A stretch of 64,000 nucleotides of DNA from Balanoglossus misakiensis (taxonomy: Eukaryota > Animalia > Hemichordata), in the NCBI GenBank assembly GCA_040954595.2, contig CM082598.2, forward strand, positions 8,819,097-8,883,096. Reading direction: 5' to 3'. The position numbers and the translations under genes are program-made. The notes under the pieces are model-generated. The model was not told where the DNA came from. It was given only the letters and a program-made list of their open reading frames with translations, and did not search any database. Below, in pieces: positions 27,131 through 38,515 of this stretch (position 1 is its first letter; each line of letters begins with the position of its first letter).

Positions 27131-27509
27131 AAGCTAAGCGTATTTGCATATTTTTTATGGGTTATAGCTCATGAAAACTGTCAATAGATGACAAATTTTC
27201 GACTGTGCTGATGATTGTTTATCAACTGATGCAAAGAACAAACAATAGCTATGAAAATACGCCTAGTCTGTTGCCCAGTGACACCAATCGGAGAATGGTA
27301 TCACCCACACCATGGTGGGCGGAAGTTGCTCCTGGCACTTTTTTTCCCATGATTCAAATTACAGTAAACGCCATATTGGAAATTCTGCCAACTTTCCCTA
27401 GATTTTGTAAAAAATCGCGCGACCTATACATGGCGAATATGTTTTTTTCTGAAAGAGAGACATCAAAGCTACCAAATTATGTAGAAATCAGCTACAGCGG
27501 ATTTCCCCT
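27131..27509 (+). mobile_element. One-ended copy of the TTAA-TSD MITE at 32843-33457
   Basis: Near-identical to 33080-33457 and ends ...CAGCGGATTTCCCCT|TTAA. The left TIR is missing. Confidence 0.85.
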
Positions 27510-27514
27510 TTAAG

Positions 27515-27965
27515 TTTCAAAGAAGTTGACATATCACTTTCAGAAATGTTGATTTTTACCAATAATGTGGAAAAGACAAAAAATGCATTAAAAATAGAAA
27601 ATTTGTAATATTAGCTTACATACAGGACTGTATGAGGCAGACATAAGGTGCATGCATACCAAATACACACCACTTTGCAAATCAATCTGACCAGTGGTTG
27701 TTGAGTTTTTGAGTTTTGACCAATTTCACATTTTCCCAGCTAATTTGCATATTTTTGGCAATGACACTTTCATTTGAACAAACTCCCATCTACAGCCCAG
27801 CCTGCATCTGCACACCAAATATCGAGGTTATACACGCAGAGGTTTTCAAGTTTTTGAGGTGGACGGACATACAGACATACATCCATACATACATACATAC
27901 ATACATACATACAGATGCCACCGATCCCATAAGGTCCCATAGTATAAACCAATGGGACCTAAAAA
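27515..27965 (+). mobile_element. DINE/HINE-like element 3' part
   Basis: Family block, (CATA)n and hairpin AGGTCCCAT-AGTATAAACCA-ATGGGACCT followed by AAAAA. Confidence 0.75.
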
Positions 27966-28109
27966 TATCATGGGATTATATGTAATTATCTTCAAGTTCA
28001 AATATCAGGGATCGCGTTAGCACTCACTACATTCACAAAATGTGGTAAAAATGACAAATGGTGAAAAACTATTTCATTCAATTTACCATGCCAATATATA
28101 AGTGAATTG

Positions 28110-28830
28110 AGATAATATGGCTTCAGCGAAGCAAAGTTTGGCTGACTTTTTGGGAGCTGTTGACCAGAAAAAATCAAAGGATAGACACAGCAAACAACAT
28201 CAAGCCCAAATGGTTATGACAATTTAGCTGGTTGCGATTTTAGAAACAGCTTTTTGTGTGTGATTTGTGCATCAAATTTCGGCGAAGCAATTTGTTTACA
28301 CAACTGAGATAAAAACCAGGACCCCTAAAGCAGGCAACCTGAATTGACATTTTCCTTGTTTATTTTTATAGGGTTGCAAGTTGTTGCGGTTCTCTGCCAA
28401 GATGAGGGGGGGGGGTCACATACATGCATAGTGCAAGTATTAACGAGCTTTAGATGATTGTACCGCTGACATTGTGGAAAGAAACGTGATTGGAAGGATG
28501 AAAGTTGCAAAATTCGATTTGCTTGAGTTAGATGAATCAACAAATATTGCTGTTTGTCAAAATTTGATGATATATATACATGTACATTCGTGCCGTGTTG
28601 TATATCGAAAGGTGGAGTCTCGTTTTCTGAGCATCGCAATGCTGAACAGAGCAACATGTGAGCAGCTACACTTGGAAGTGAAAGATATTTTGTCGAAGGG
28701 TGTCTCTGACAAGTCTGATAATATCTCTGGGCACAGATGGAGCTAGTACCAGGCAAGGATTGACAACACAGTTTAAGAAGGAAAATTGAAAAAGTAAGGT
28801 TGTCAGAAGCATCTGATTACATAACTGCAT
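28110..28830 (+). pseudogene. hAT-superfamily transposase remnant (ZNF862/Charlie-like)
   Basis: MASAKQSLADFLG, then TTF zinc-finger-like KPKWL.QFSWLRF...FVCDLC, then LELDESTNIAVCQNLMIYI (first catalytic Asp motif) and, after a frameshift, GTDGAS (second Asp). Confidence 0.7.
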
Positions 28831-29199
28831 GAAAAAATCAAGTCAAGAACACTGTGGTCCCATTTAGGGATTACACAGAAAAAGTCTACACCGGAGTACA
28901 TATACAGACAGACAGACATACACATAGAGAGATCAACGGGCACACACAGACTGACCCACAAGCTGCCAATGGCATGTGTGCTTTACATACACCAAATAGA
29001 ACAGCTGGTCTCTTTAACAGTTAGCCAGTTATGTAACCATGCAGGAATTTGCTGTGTTTACAAATGTCAGTAGGGCCACTAGGGGTGTAGTGGTAATTGC
29101 TCTTCGTGAGATAAACATTTTTGTGGTATAAGACAAATATCCTACAAAATATAGACGTTCCAAATTACCTATGATATGATTGATAATTCTAAAGAAGAC

Positions 29200-30125
29200 A
29201 ATCCCATTAACTGACAACTCAAATTTTAAAGTAATCTGCCATACAGTGTACTTTCTGAGAAATATATTATTTGTTATCAAAATTGGAAAAATATGCCCCA
29301 AAAATACAAGGTATTGCCCCCACAAAACATTGACACTTTCATCATACGTTTTGTAAATCATCATGAGAACCCACCCAGGAACCTTCAAATAAAATTTCAA
29401 AGCAATGGGGTAGAGGGTTCTGAGGAAGAGTTTTGACCAAAAATGGCAAAAATCATGCATGCAAATCTTACTTGGGTACCCCTAGGAACATACCTACCAA
29501 ATTTCAGAGCAATCTGACAAGCAGTTTTACAGAAAACAAATTTTGATCAAAAAGGCAAAAATTGCTTCAAAATTAGAAATATGCAAATTTTGCAGCAATT
29601 TAAACAAAACTTTGGTAACTCAGATCACCTATATGAAGCTCCATACTTAATTTCAAAGACGTAGACTGATCAATTCCAGAAAAATAGATGTTTTACCAAA
29701 ATGTGGAAAAAGACAAAAAATGCATAAAAATTAGAAAATTCACACTATTAGCTCAAAACATAACGAACTGTGTGAGGTTAACATAAGGTACATGCATGCC
29801 ACTTTTCAAATCAATATGACCAGTGGTTGTTGAGTTTCTGAGTTTTGACCAAATTTAGGTTTTCCCCAGCTAATTTGCATATTTTTGGCAACGACAATTT
29901 TATTTGAACAAACTCCCATCTACAGCCCAGCATGCATCTACACACCTAATATCGAGGTTATACGTGAAGCGGTTTTCAAGTTTTTGATGTGGACGGACAT
30001 ACAGACACACACCCATCCATCCATCCATCCATCCATCCATACATACATACATACATACAACATACAGACACAACCCATCCCATAAGGTCCCAAGGTATAT
30101 TACATAACCAAATGGGATCTAAAAG
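29200..30125 (+). mobile_element. DINE/HINE-like element with degenerate internal tandem units
   Basis: Repeated AAATTTCAAAGCAATC...TTTTGACCAAAA units, family block, (CATC/CATA)n, CCCATAAGGTCCC...TGGGATCTAAAA. The left boundary is approximate. Confidence 0.7.
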
Positions 30126-30559
30126 GCAGAGGATGAGTCCAGAAGCAACTTTTAGCAGTTCCTACATTGTGTTAAGTTAAGGAGTAATAAAACAAAACTG
30201 GAAAATTTATTTTGTGGTCACATTATACCACTTAAGAAACAACAGCAAATTTTTGCTAGAAGTAGTGAGAAAATTCTGACTTGCCTATCTGATAATCTAG
30301 CACATAGATGTGTTGAAAATGATGATGAAATCAGTTCAGTTTTTGATATTCTGGTACCAATAGATGCAGATCAGATTACACACGTCAATATGGTGATTTC
30401 AAAGCTGGGAGAATTTTTGGGGACAGAAAAAACAGATGGTGAAAGAAATTCTGTGAATCTGTAAGAGCTGGCCTATTTAAGTTCTGTATACATGTAGTGT
30501 AGACAGTCTAAGTTGGGGGCACCAATGCCTTGTTAACAGTTACTTTCAAAGCTTCTCTT

Positions 30560-31510
30560 AAGAGAAGATTTGCAAATGAGAAACAAAGAAATTTACAAAA
30601 AACTCGCTAAATATTGAAAATTTCTGATATCAGAATTTAATAAAAGTTGCACATATGTGTTACATTGTAGGCTTGTGTCCCAAATTCAAAAGCTCTGCTT
30701 ACCCCTAGGAATATTCCTTCTAAATTACAAAGCAATCCAACAAGCAGTTTCACAGAAAACAATATTTGTTCAAAACAGGCAAAAATGTTACACAAATATG
30801 CATTGCAACTATCACCATAATTCAAATTGTACAATATCTTACTTTAATCACTACAAGGAACATGCCTGCCTAAGTTCAAGCAGTCTGACAAGTGGTTTCA
30901 GTGAAATAAAATGACAAAATTGTTTCCCCAATGACACAAATATGCAAATATCACAATTTTTTTTACAACATCTTACTTGGGTTACCCCTAGGAACATGCC
31001 GTAGACCAAATTGCAAAGCAATCTGACATGCGGTTTTAGAGAAAAAAGGTGTTGCCCAAAAATGGCAAAAATTGCTCAAAATTACAAATATGCAAATTTG
31101 ATCAAAACTATGGGAACTCAGACAACCTATAGGACGTTTCATACTAAATTTTAAAGAAGGCTGCCTATCACTTTCAGAAATGAATATTTTTAAATGTAGA
31201 AAAATACAAAAAATGCATAAAAATAGAAAATTCACACGATAGTATTAGCTCAAAACAGAACTGTGTGAGGTTAAACATAAGGTACATGCATACCAATTTT
31301 CAAATGATTCTGACCAGTGTTTGTTGAGTTTCTGAGTTTTGACCAATTTCACATTTTCCCCAGCTAATTTGCATATTTTTGCAATCGCACCCAAATATCG
31401 AGGTTATAACCGCAGCTCTTTTCAAGTTTTTGATGTGGACGGACATACATGTACATACAGATGCAATTGATTCCCCCTGATATATATACACACTAAATGG
31501 GACCTAAAAC
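30560..31510 (+). mobile_element. DINE/HINE-like element, further copy
   Basis: Same units (TTACCCCTAGGAA, GCAATCTGAC), family block, and terminal TGGGACCTAAAA at about 31500. Confidence 0.65.
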
Positions 31511-32032
31511 TTGCTAAAATCTCAGACACCAGCAGAAGACAAACAAAAATCTATATAAAAATGTATGATCCAATGGTATTTAAATGCACACCAATTTTCA
31601 AAGCAGTCCATCAGTGAGCAGTACTTGAATTTCGACCATTTTTGCATGGTTTCAGTTTATTTGTATATTTTTTATAGAGATACTAGTAATTTTGAGCTGG
31701 ATCCCAACTCTTGGTCAACATGCAGCTATACATCAAATATCATGGTGATAGATGCAGCAGTTCTCAAGTTTTTCCAGGTGGACAGACAGATACATGGACA
31801 TAATACATGACATGTCATAAAAATAGAGACAGACCTTCCTACATACATACTGGATACAAACATACCCAGTTGTGGTACACACATACTGTACGACACACAA
31901 TGTACATACAACAACACTGATTTGTGTCATGTAACAAAACGTTGGAAAGTAAGACAGTCTGACTTTTATGACATTGATGATTCTTATTGTACAATGCTAT
32001 ATGGGTGCTTGAAATGAAACCAGTTTAAATAA

Positions 32033-32673
32033 GGCCAATCCCATAAAAAATAATATGTGCCGTTCTGATTACATGGTATGTCCAAATTTTGCAATTTTTT
32101 TTATATCTTTGGCCCCCGTAGTGTAGAATAATGATGTCATAGTTCTTGCGTGATTTGCATTATTACATATGTACCGTCGATTACTTGCACCGAGCGCAAT
32201 ACCAAAAACATTATGCCATACCTGTATGCAAATGAGTGGCCTGTTCACGAAACAAGCAATATCATTCCGCGGTCTCATTTCTTTCATGTTCGGTCTTTTT
32301 TTTAAATGGGATGAACATATGTAATAAAAACAGAACCCCATGGCGCAATTGTGCAAGCACGGCGTACCGGTAGTATTTGCACTCGTGCTGGCGGTGTATT
32401 CTTGCTGCCCCCCGCACGAGCGACAGCGAGTGCGGGGGACGGGTGCAAGAATACACCGCCAGACACTCGATGCAAATACTACCGTTACGCCGTGCTTGCA
32501 CGATCGAGCCATGGGGTTCTGTCATAGAATTTTCATAAATTTTGTTTATTGACATCATTATTTTTACTTCCCATTTACAAAGCTCTAAAAAGTTTAGGGT
32601 CGACTCGGCGGGCTAAAATTAGGGTAGGTCGCCAGGTCGGGTAATCGGAACAGAACATAATTTTTATTTGGTC
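32033..32673. mobile_element. PIF/Harbinger-like MITE (TAA TSD) carrying a nested hairpin element
   Basis: TAA|GGCCAA...GTTCTGATTAC ... GTAATCGGAAC...TTGGTC|TAA. Confidence 0.6.
32160..32522. mobile_element. Hairpin-ended element B: 193-bp terminal palindrome plus asymmetric 13-bp inverted repeat
   Basis: TTATTACATATGT (32160-32172) pairs with ACATATGTAATAA (32315-32327). Palindrome 32330-32522 is centred on GCACGAGCGACAGCGAGTGC. Confidence 0.7.
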
Positions 32674-32842
32674 TAATCTTGACCAAAACAGTTAGTTCTA
32701 AACATTTTTTCCCAATTATCTTGACACGAGACATCACTACAAGTAATTGGTCATTCAAAGTGCTGACTGGATAACTTTGAGAGAATTACAATGGTGGAAT
32801 ATCAATCAAGGAATGTCTGCAAAATGGCCCTAGTAACATTAA

Positions 32843-33457
32843 AGGGGAAATCCGCTGTAGCTGATTTCTACATAAATTGGTAGCTTTGATGTCTCTCAGA
32901 AAAAAACATATTCGCCATGTATAGGTCGCGCGATTTTTTACAAAATCTAGGGAAAGTTGGCAGAATTTCCAATATGGCGTTTACTGTAATTTGAATCATG
33001 GGGAAAAAAAGCGCCAGGACCAACTTCCGCCCACCTTGGTGTGGGTGATACCATTTTCCGATTGGTGTCACTGTGTCACAAGCTAAGCGTATTTGCATAT
33101 TTTTCTTGGGTTATAGCTCATGAAAACTGTCAATAGATGACAAATTTTCGACTTTGCTGATGATTGTTTATCAACTGATGCAAAGAACGAACAATAGCTA
33201 TGAAAATACGCCTAGTCTGTTGCCCAGTGACACCAATCGGAGAATGGTATCACCCACACCATGGTGGGCGGAAGTTGCTCCTGGCGCTTTTTTCCCATGA
33301 TTCAAATTACAGTAAACGCCATATTGGAAATTTTGCCAACTTTCCCTAGATTTTGTAAAAAATCGCGCGACCTATACATGGCGAATATGTTTTTTTCTGA
33401 AAGAGAGACATCAAAGCTACCAAATTATGTAGAAATCAGCTACAGCGGATTTCCCCT
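32843..33457. mobile_element. MITE with about 230-bp TIRs and TTAA TSD (Kolobok-type AGG...CCT termini)
   Basis: TTAA|AGGGGAAATCCGCTGTAGCTG ... CAGCTACAGCGGATTTCCCCT|TTAA, with near-identical arms. Confidence 0.88.
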
Positions 33458-35497
33458 TTAACAAATTCTCCATCAAAATATCAGCCTGGAAAAATGTTCA
33501 CTACATGTACATTACAGTACACTATGAGTTTTAACACGATAAGTGAAAACATGGCCGAAATTAAGTAAACCACTACCTGTAACTTCTGACTAGTTGTCAC
33601 TTGGCAGTATTTTTTTGATACTGCAATGCATCATTAGTTGGAGCTGACCACATTCAGATTCAAAATTTAATCATTTTGTCTTTTCAAATATGAGCACAAG
33701 GCAATTTATATCAGTGAGATATCTGAAGCAACAAATATTCCGGGACTTGAAACAGAATCAGATGGTACAGCCCAGAAGGTGACTTAAAATCTCAGTAAAG
33801 TTCCATCAGTTTGGAACATTTCGCTTTTTTGAGAAATGTACACCTTGTGCATATTAATTGTCCATAGTTAGCACTGGTACTGTTACAGTAGCAAATTGAC
33901 TTCAAGTGTTGCAAACATTAAAAATGAATAGCTGACACCTCGCAATAACACCCCACAATAAAAAGAGTGTAGGCTCAAAGTGGTGAAATACACAGGAAAA
34001 TCACCCCTTGTAGCATTACCTAAATGATTCATTCGGAGTAACTGCGTCACAACTTTTTACATGTGCTTGAAATGACAAACAAATTCATTGTTAAACTTCC
34101 AATAAGCTTAATAATACTCACTGAAACATCAAGACGACCATGACATTCCATGCACACTGTGCACCCCGGGCTAATTCCAGAGATTTCTCCAGCACAAATC
34201 TTGGATTCGAACGCGTGCACAAATTTTACGCAGATAGAAACTTGGGCGGCCATGTCACATGACGTCATCATCGACACTGCCTGAGCGATAGAGCAGTCAG
34301 TAGAAATTCCTAGTCTACCGTCTTTGATAAAATTTGCACCCGGACTGCTGGCCAATACTTGATAATATTTCCATTTTGAGGGCTTGGCGCCCCTTCAAAC
34401 CGCCCGCGAAAGTTCACGAATCTGTCCAGCCAAAACTCTCGTCGTATTGTTGTCCAAACTCAACTTTCCATGACACCGCCACCATAGCAATCGTCAGCCA
34501 TTAATCATACACGCATGCGCACCGCCCCCAACGACAACCATGTGAAACCCTGATGTGAAACTGACAGTAGTAACATGAGTAATGCGGAGTACATTGTACT
34601 GAGGACCATGTAATTGGGACTTTGGTGTTTGTTAATGAATGGCCTGGGTAATACAATAAACCCACTGAAAACCGCACTGGGCAAGAACAATTGTATTAGT
34701 GCGACAAGTGTCGCACTACAACTATTAAACAGTGTATTACTACATGTCTTATGAATTTGCAAAAATTCACAATTCCAAATTCTAAATTCCAAAAGAATCG
34801 GATTAAAACCTGGGTTACCCGTAGGAATATTCTTACCAAATTTCAAATCAATCCCATAAGCAGTTTCAGAGAAATCAATATTTTTTTTCAAAAGTGGCAA
34901 AGACAGAAATACATGTACATAAATATCACCAAAATTGTACAAATTAATTGCAAACAATGTATTTTGGCGGGGATCTCACGCCATAAATAAGTTCGGGCGG
35001 GATTTCATTTTTCGTAAATTATAGCTAAGTGTACACATGTTCCGTTCTTGCAGTGAATTATTACAGAAAGAAATATATTTTAAAGAACAAATTATTATTA
35101 ATCGCACAATTAGCACAGCCCGGGCTGGCAGGTTCACGTAACGTTGCTTGGATAAGCCTACTATTGATACATTCGAGGCGGCTGCCCGCCGCTACACTTA
35201 CTAACGTTACAGGAATGTGTAGCCCGCCGCCCGCAAAATACACCCAGAGCTTTCCCAACTAAAGTCTACGGCCCCTGTCCCATTCCCGCCGCTGGCTGCG
35301 CTACGCTAAAAGAATCCACAGTCTTTTGTGACTAGGCTGGGGGATCTTACATAGAAGTAATAGTTCACACGGGGCTAGCAAAACTTCCAACAAGCAAGGA
35401 GACGCAGCGGAGATGCAGCGACCATCAAAAAGAACCTGTCTTCGTCGCTGATTCTTATGAACATGGGGTTTTCCAAACACAGGATGTAAGTAGATCC

Positions 35498-36032
35498 ACG
35501 GTGCTGAAGTTATTCTCGTTTTCGTATTCGTGTTCATTCTCGTATTCGTTTTCGTATTGGAGTCACTGACAGAAGCGAGGTATTTTTAGCCCCTGATTCC
35601 ACCAGGAAACAGAAATTTACAGGGTGTATACAAATTTGCTTACTTTCATTGTATGTTAAAATAACTGTACATGTCGGGGATTCTGCAATTTTGAAATAAA
35701 AGCCTTCTTTTGACGTTTTGGAAGGAAAAGGTGTTTTCCCCGAATTGGAGGAAAGAACCCCAAAACAAACTTTGAGATTTTCATTTTCGTATTCGTATTC
35801 GCCTAGCGCCTTACCACGTGGACCAAGGGTACGGGCACTTGAGATGTGCTGTAATTATTACTTTCAGAGGACATTTCTGCTGATCGGATGGCCTAGATCT
35901 GGTATTTCTACCTGTTTCAAGTGTTTGATTCCTACAGATATGCCAGGTACTTTATTGAACGTTCATATCATATGCAAACATAATGACCATCTCTCACTCT
36001 CAGTGACAGTCTCACTCTTCTCTCTCCCTCTC
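35498..36032 (+). repeat. Left TIR of the giant element
   Basis: Reverse complement of 51779-52303 apart from a few substitutions, an indel of about 15 bp near 35855 and one TTCGTA unit. Contains (TTCGTA)-like subrepeats. Confidence 0.95.
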
Positions 36033-36168
36033 TAACTCTCTTTAAGTCTTTATCAACTTTGTCAAGTTTAAATTGGTTACTACAGGCACTGGTATTTATG
36101 AAAAGAGAAATGCCAAAGAGCCTGTCCTGCCCCTGTTTTGAAGAGACTTCTTGTCTCACAACGCACAC

Positions 36169-36262
36169 TAGCTGCAGTTCAGTAGCTCGAGGTTTTGCCT
36201 TGGTTTGTGTGTTAGACAAACCAAGGCAAAACCTCGAGCTACTGAACTGCAGCTTAAGTTTA
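36169..36262. mobile_element. 94-bp fold-back mini-element with perfect 9-bp TSD
   Basis: Perfect 39-bp arms (36170-36208 / 36216-36254) with a 7-nt loop. AACGCACAC on both sides (36160-36168, 36263-36271). TA...TA termini. Confidence 0.85.
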
Positions 36263-37204
36263 AACGCACACATGTAAATCCCAAACAATGAGAGTTATTT
36301 ATAGTAAAGCAATTAATTTTATTCCAATACTTCTAATGTACTACTATCTGCAAACATAACTATTTACAAGCAAGTGTTTTTATTAACAGATGTTCAACAA
36401 GTAGTTTCCAAAATATAAGAAAAACAAATGCAACTCCATAGTGGAAAAAATACAGTGAGTATCATCTTACAAACACTGATAACAGTGTTTTGATATCAAC
36501 TGGATGGTTGAAGATCAACTTTTGTACAATAAATTTATTCAAAAGAATAATAGACTCGGGTTATGTTTATGAATAACACAAATTCTTAGCTATGGTATAA
36601 ATTCCATGTATTGTGTAAACAGCCTTCAAATTCAATCTAATAAAATAGTTCCTGGGGAACATTGAAATACAATACGGGGTATTTTGCAACACTATTAAAT
36701 TAGTTGACCTCAAAAAAACTTCCAATTTTCACAGATATTCATTGAATTCTACTCGTAATGATAGCCCTGAACTAATGCCACATTTGTGAAACAGTTTAAA
36801 GTCTGCAGGAACTCAAAGAATGTTCAATTCATTTTTAATATATCCTGCAATTTCCAAACATCTCATATTGTAAGGAAAACAAGAAATCATTGTCCTCATC
36901 ACAAAGGAGTTCTGTTCCATGTGTTTCAGTAGATAAAAACTAAACTTTCCAATTGGTATACATGTAGGCACATATCCACCAGCTTTTCCAATTTGTGCAG
37001 AGGAAACCATATTTTAGTGTGGCATCGATTTATTACTAGTATATAAACCGTGTTCAAACTTAAACTTACACACTCTATTCCTTACACACTTCTCTCTCAT
37101 TAAAATACATAATCATCTATATGAACTTCTTTTATTTTAAAAGTAAAATCATGAAAAGTTATAGTTCATGGGCCTTTAAAGTCACAGGAACTCTTCTTTT
37201 TGAC

Positions 37205-37409
37205 TTATGTGTGGCTGTCTGAAACCACTAAATATAACAGTTGATACATGTACCCATGTGGTGGTTCCCCACGTAGTACTCGGATTCCTGATGCTGGGTT
37301 GAGATATTCACTCATACCATCATAGATGTACCAAGCTCCATTGCTCACATTTCTAAAAATGCAAATGAAGTGGCTTCCATTTCCCATGGTGCATGCAAAT
37401 ACCAAGTAC
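37205..37409 (-). CDS. Terminal exon of the transposase gene (His and Asp boxes of the USP-like domain)
   Basis: Acceptor TTTTGTACCTTGCAG|G; YLVFACTMGNGSHFICIFRNVSNGAWYIYDGM...stop. Confidence 0.7.
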
Positions 37410-37622
37410 CTGCAAGGTACAAAAATGGGGAAATAGTATTCATTTATACTGGGATACAAAACAAAGGGAACAAACAAATCCTACTAAATTCTTTTCCAGG
37501 TTTTATTGATACAAATATTGCAGCTGTACCTTGTATAAAGCATATCATAAATACAGGCACATTTTAATATCAATTTTCTCAAGGCAATGGGCATTGTATG
37601 TGTGTAAATATATATAACTTAC

Positions 37623-37784
37623 ACTTTGTCTTCAATGACCACTTTCTCAGGTATCTCTTTGACTGATGTGAATCGTGTGTGTGTTTCTGCCGGGTATGCA
37701 ATGTCTATCACAATCACTGGGGGAATGCCACTTTCGGATGTTGCTTTGGTTAACTTTAGATTGCCTGGACAGTAAGAGATAACC
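37623..37784 (-). CDS. Internal exon of the transposase gene
   Basis: TTTTTTTCACAG|G ... GT|GTAAGT; VISYCPG...PPVIVIDI...IPEKVVIEDK. Confidence 0.7.
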
Positions 37785-38326
37785 CTGTGAAAAAAAGCAA
37801 AAACATATGTAATTTTAATAATCAACCCACACAATTTGTTTTCCTTGTCTGCATACCCTGAAGGGATTATACATTATCTGATACTAACACAAATGCACAT
37901 TGGCGCAAAGTGACATAAAGTGTAACAAATTAGATTGATGTACATGTAGTTTAAAATTACCATATATCTGTTGTTAAGAATTCCAGGTAAATTTCAGTAC
38001 CTGCTGGTGCATTTGATAGTTAGTAGCAGCACTGAAGGACTCATAATGCTGTCTTATTACATGCCTTGATTTTGTACAAATTATTGCACTGAATTGAAGA
38101 ACATCCCGCATATTTCCTCAGATTCAAGATTGAATTTTGTCTGCTACTGTTTCATCCATGTGCCAGTGCACCCTCAATCCGATTTCACTCAGTTTTAAAT
38201 TTTTTTTATTGATCATTGTATAAAATGACAAAACTACTGCAAAATTACTTACTATAAAATGTTTTGTCTTCTAAGATGTAGATGTACATGTTTAATAAAA
38301 ATATTTACAGCTCGACATGTACACAC

Positions 38327-38515
38327 CTTTGCTTTGGAATCAACTGTGATCCTTCTTCAACTAGTTCGTCTGCAACAACTCTTCTTGTTTTCTGTGTTTC
38401 AGATGGATTTGGAATGACCTGGTAACACACTGCAACCTTTTGTCCAAGACCAAACCAGTAGTTCAAGGCAGTCTGAAGGTATTCCTTCTTACCAGAAGGA
38501 ATGTGGCGCATGTCA
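38327..38515 (-). CDS. Internal exon of the transposase gene
   Basis: TTCAATCCATTCCAG|T ... AG|GTGTGT; DMRHIPSGKKEYLQTALNYWF...PKQR. Confidence 0.65.

Noticed and set aside
34230-34530. CpG-rich patch with TGACGTCA and CGCATGCGC motifs, a possible promoter
   Set aside because: No associated ORF or exon chain. Such motifs also occur inside transposons in this window.
35497-35530. ProtoRAG/Transib identity suggested by CACGGTG termini and a PHD finger
   Set aside because: No 5-bp TSD, no nonamer, no RAG1 or RAG2 kelch motifs. The catalytic motifs are Mutator-type.
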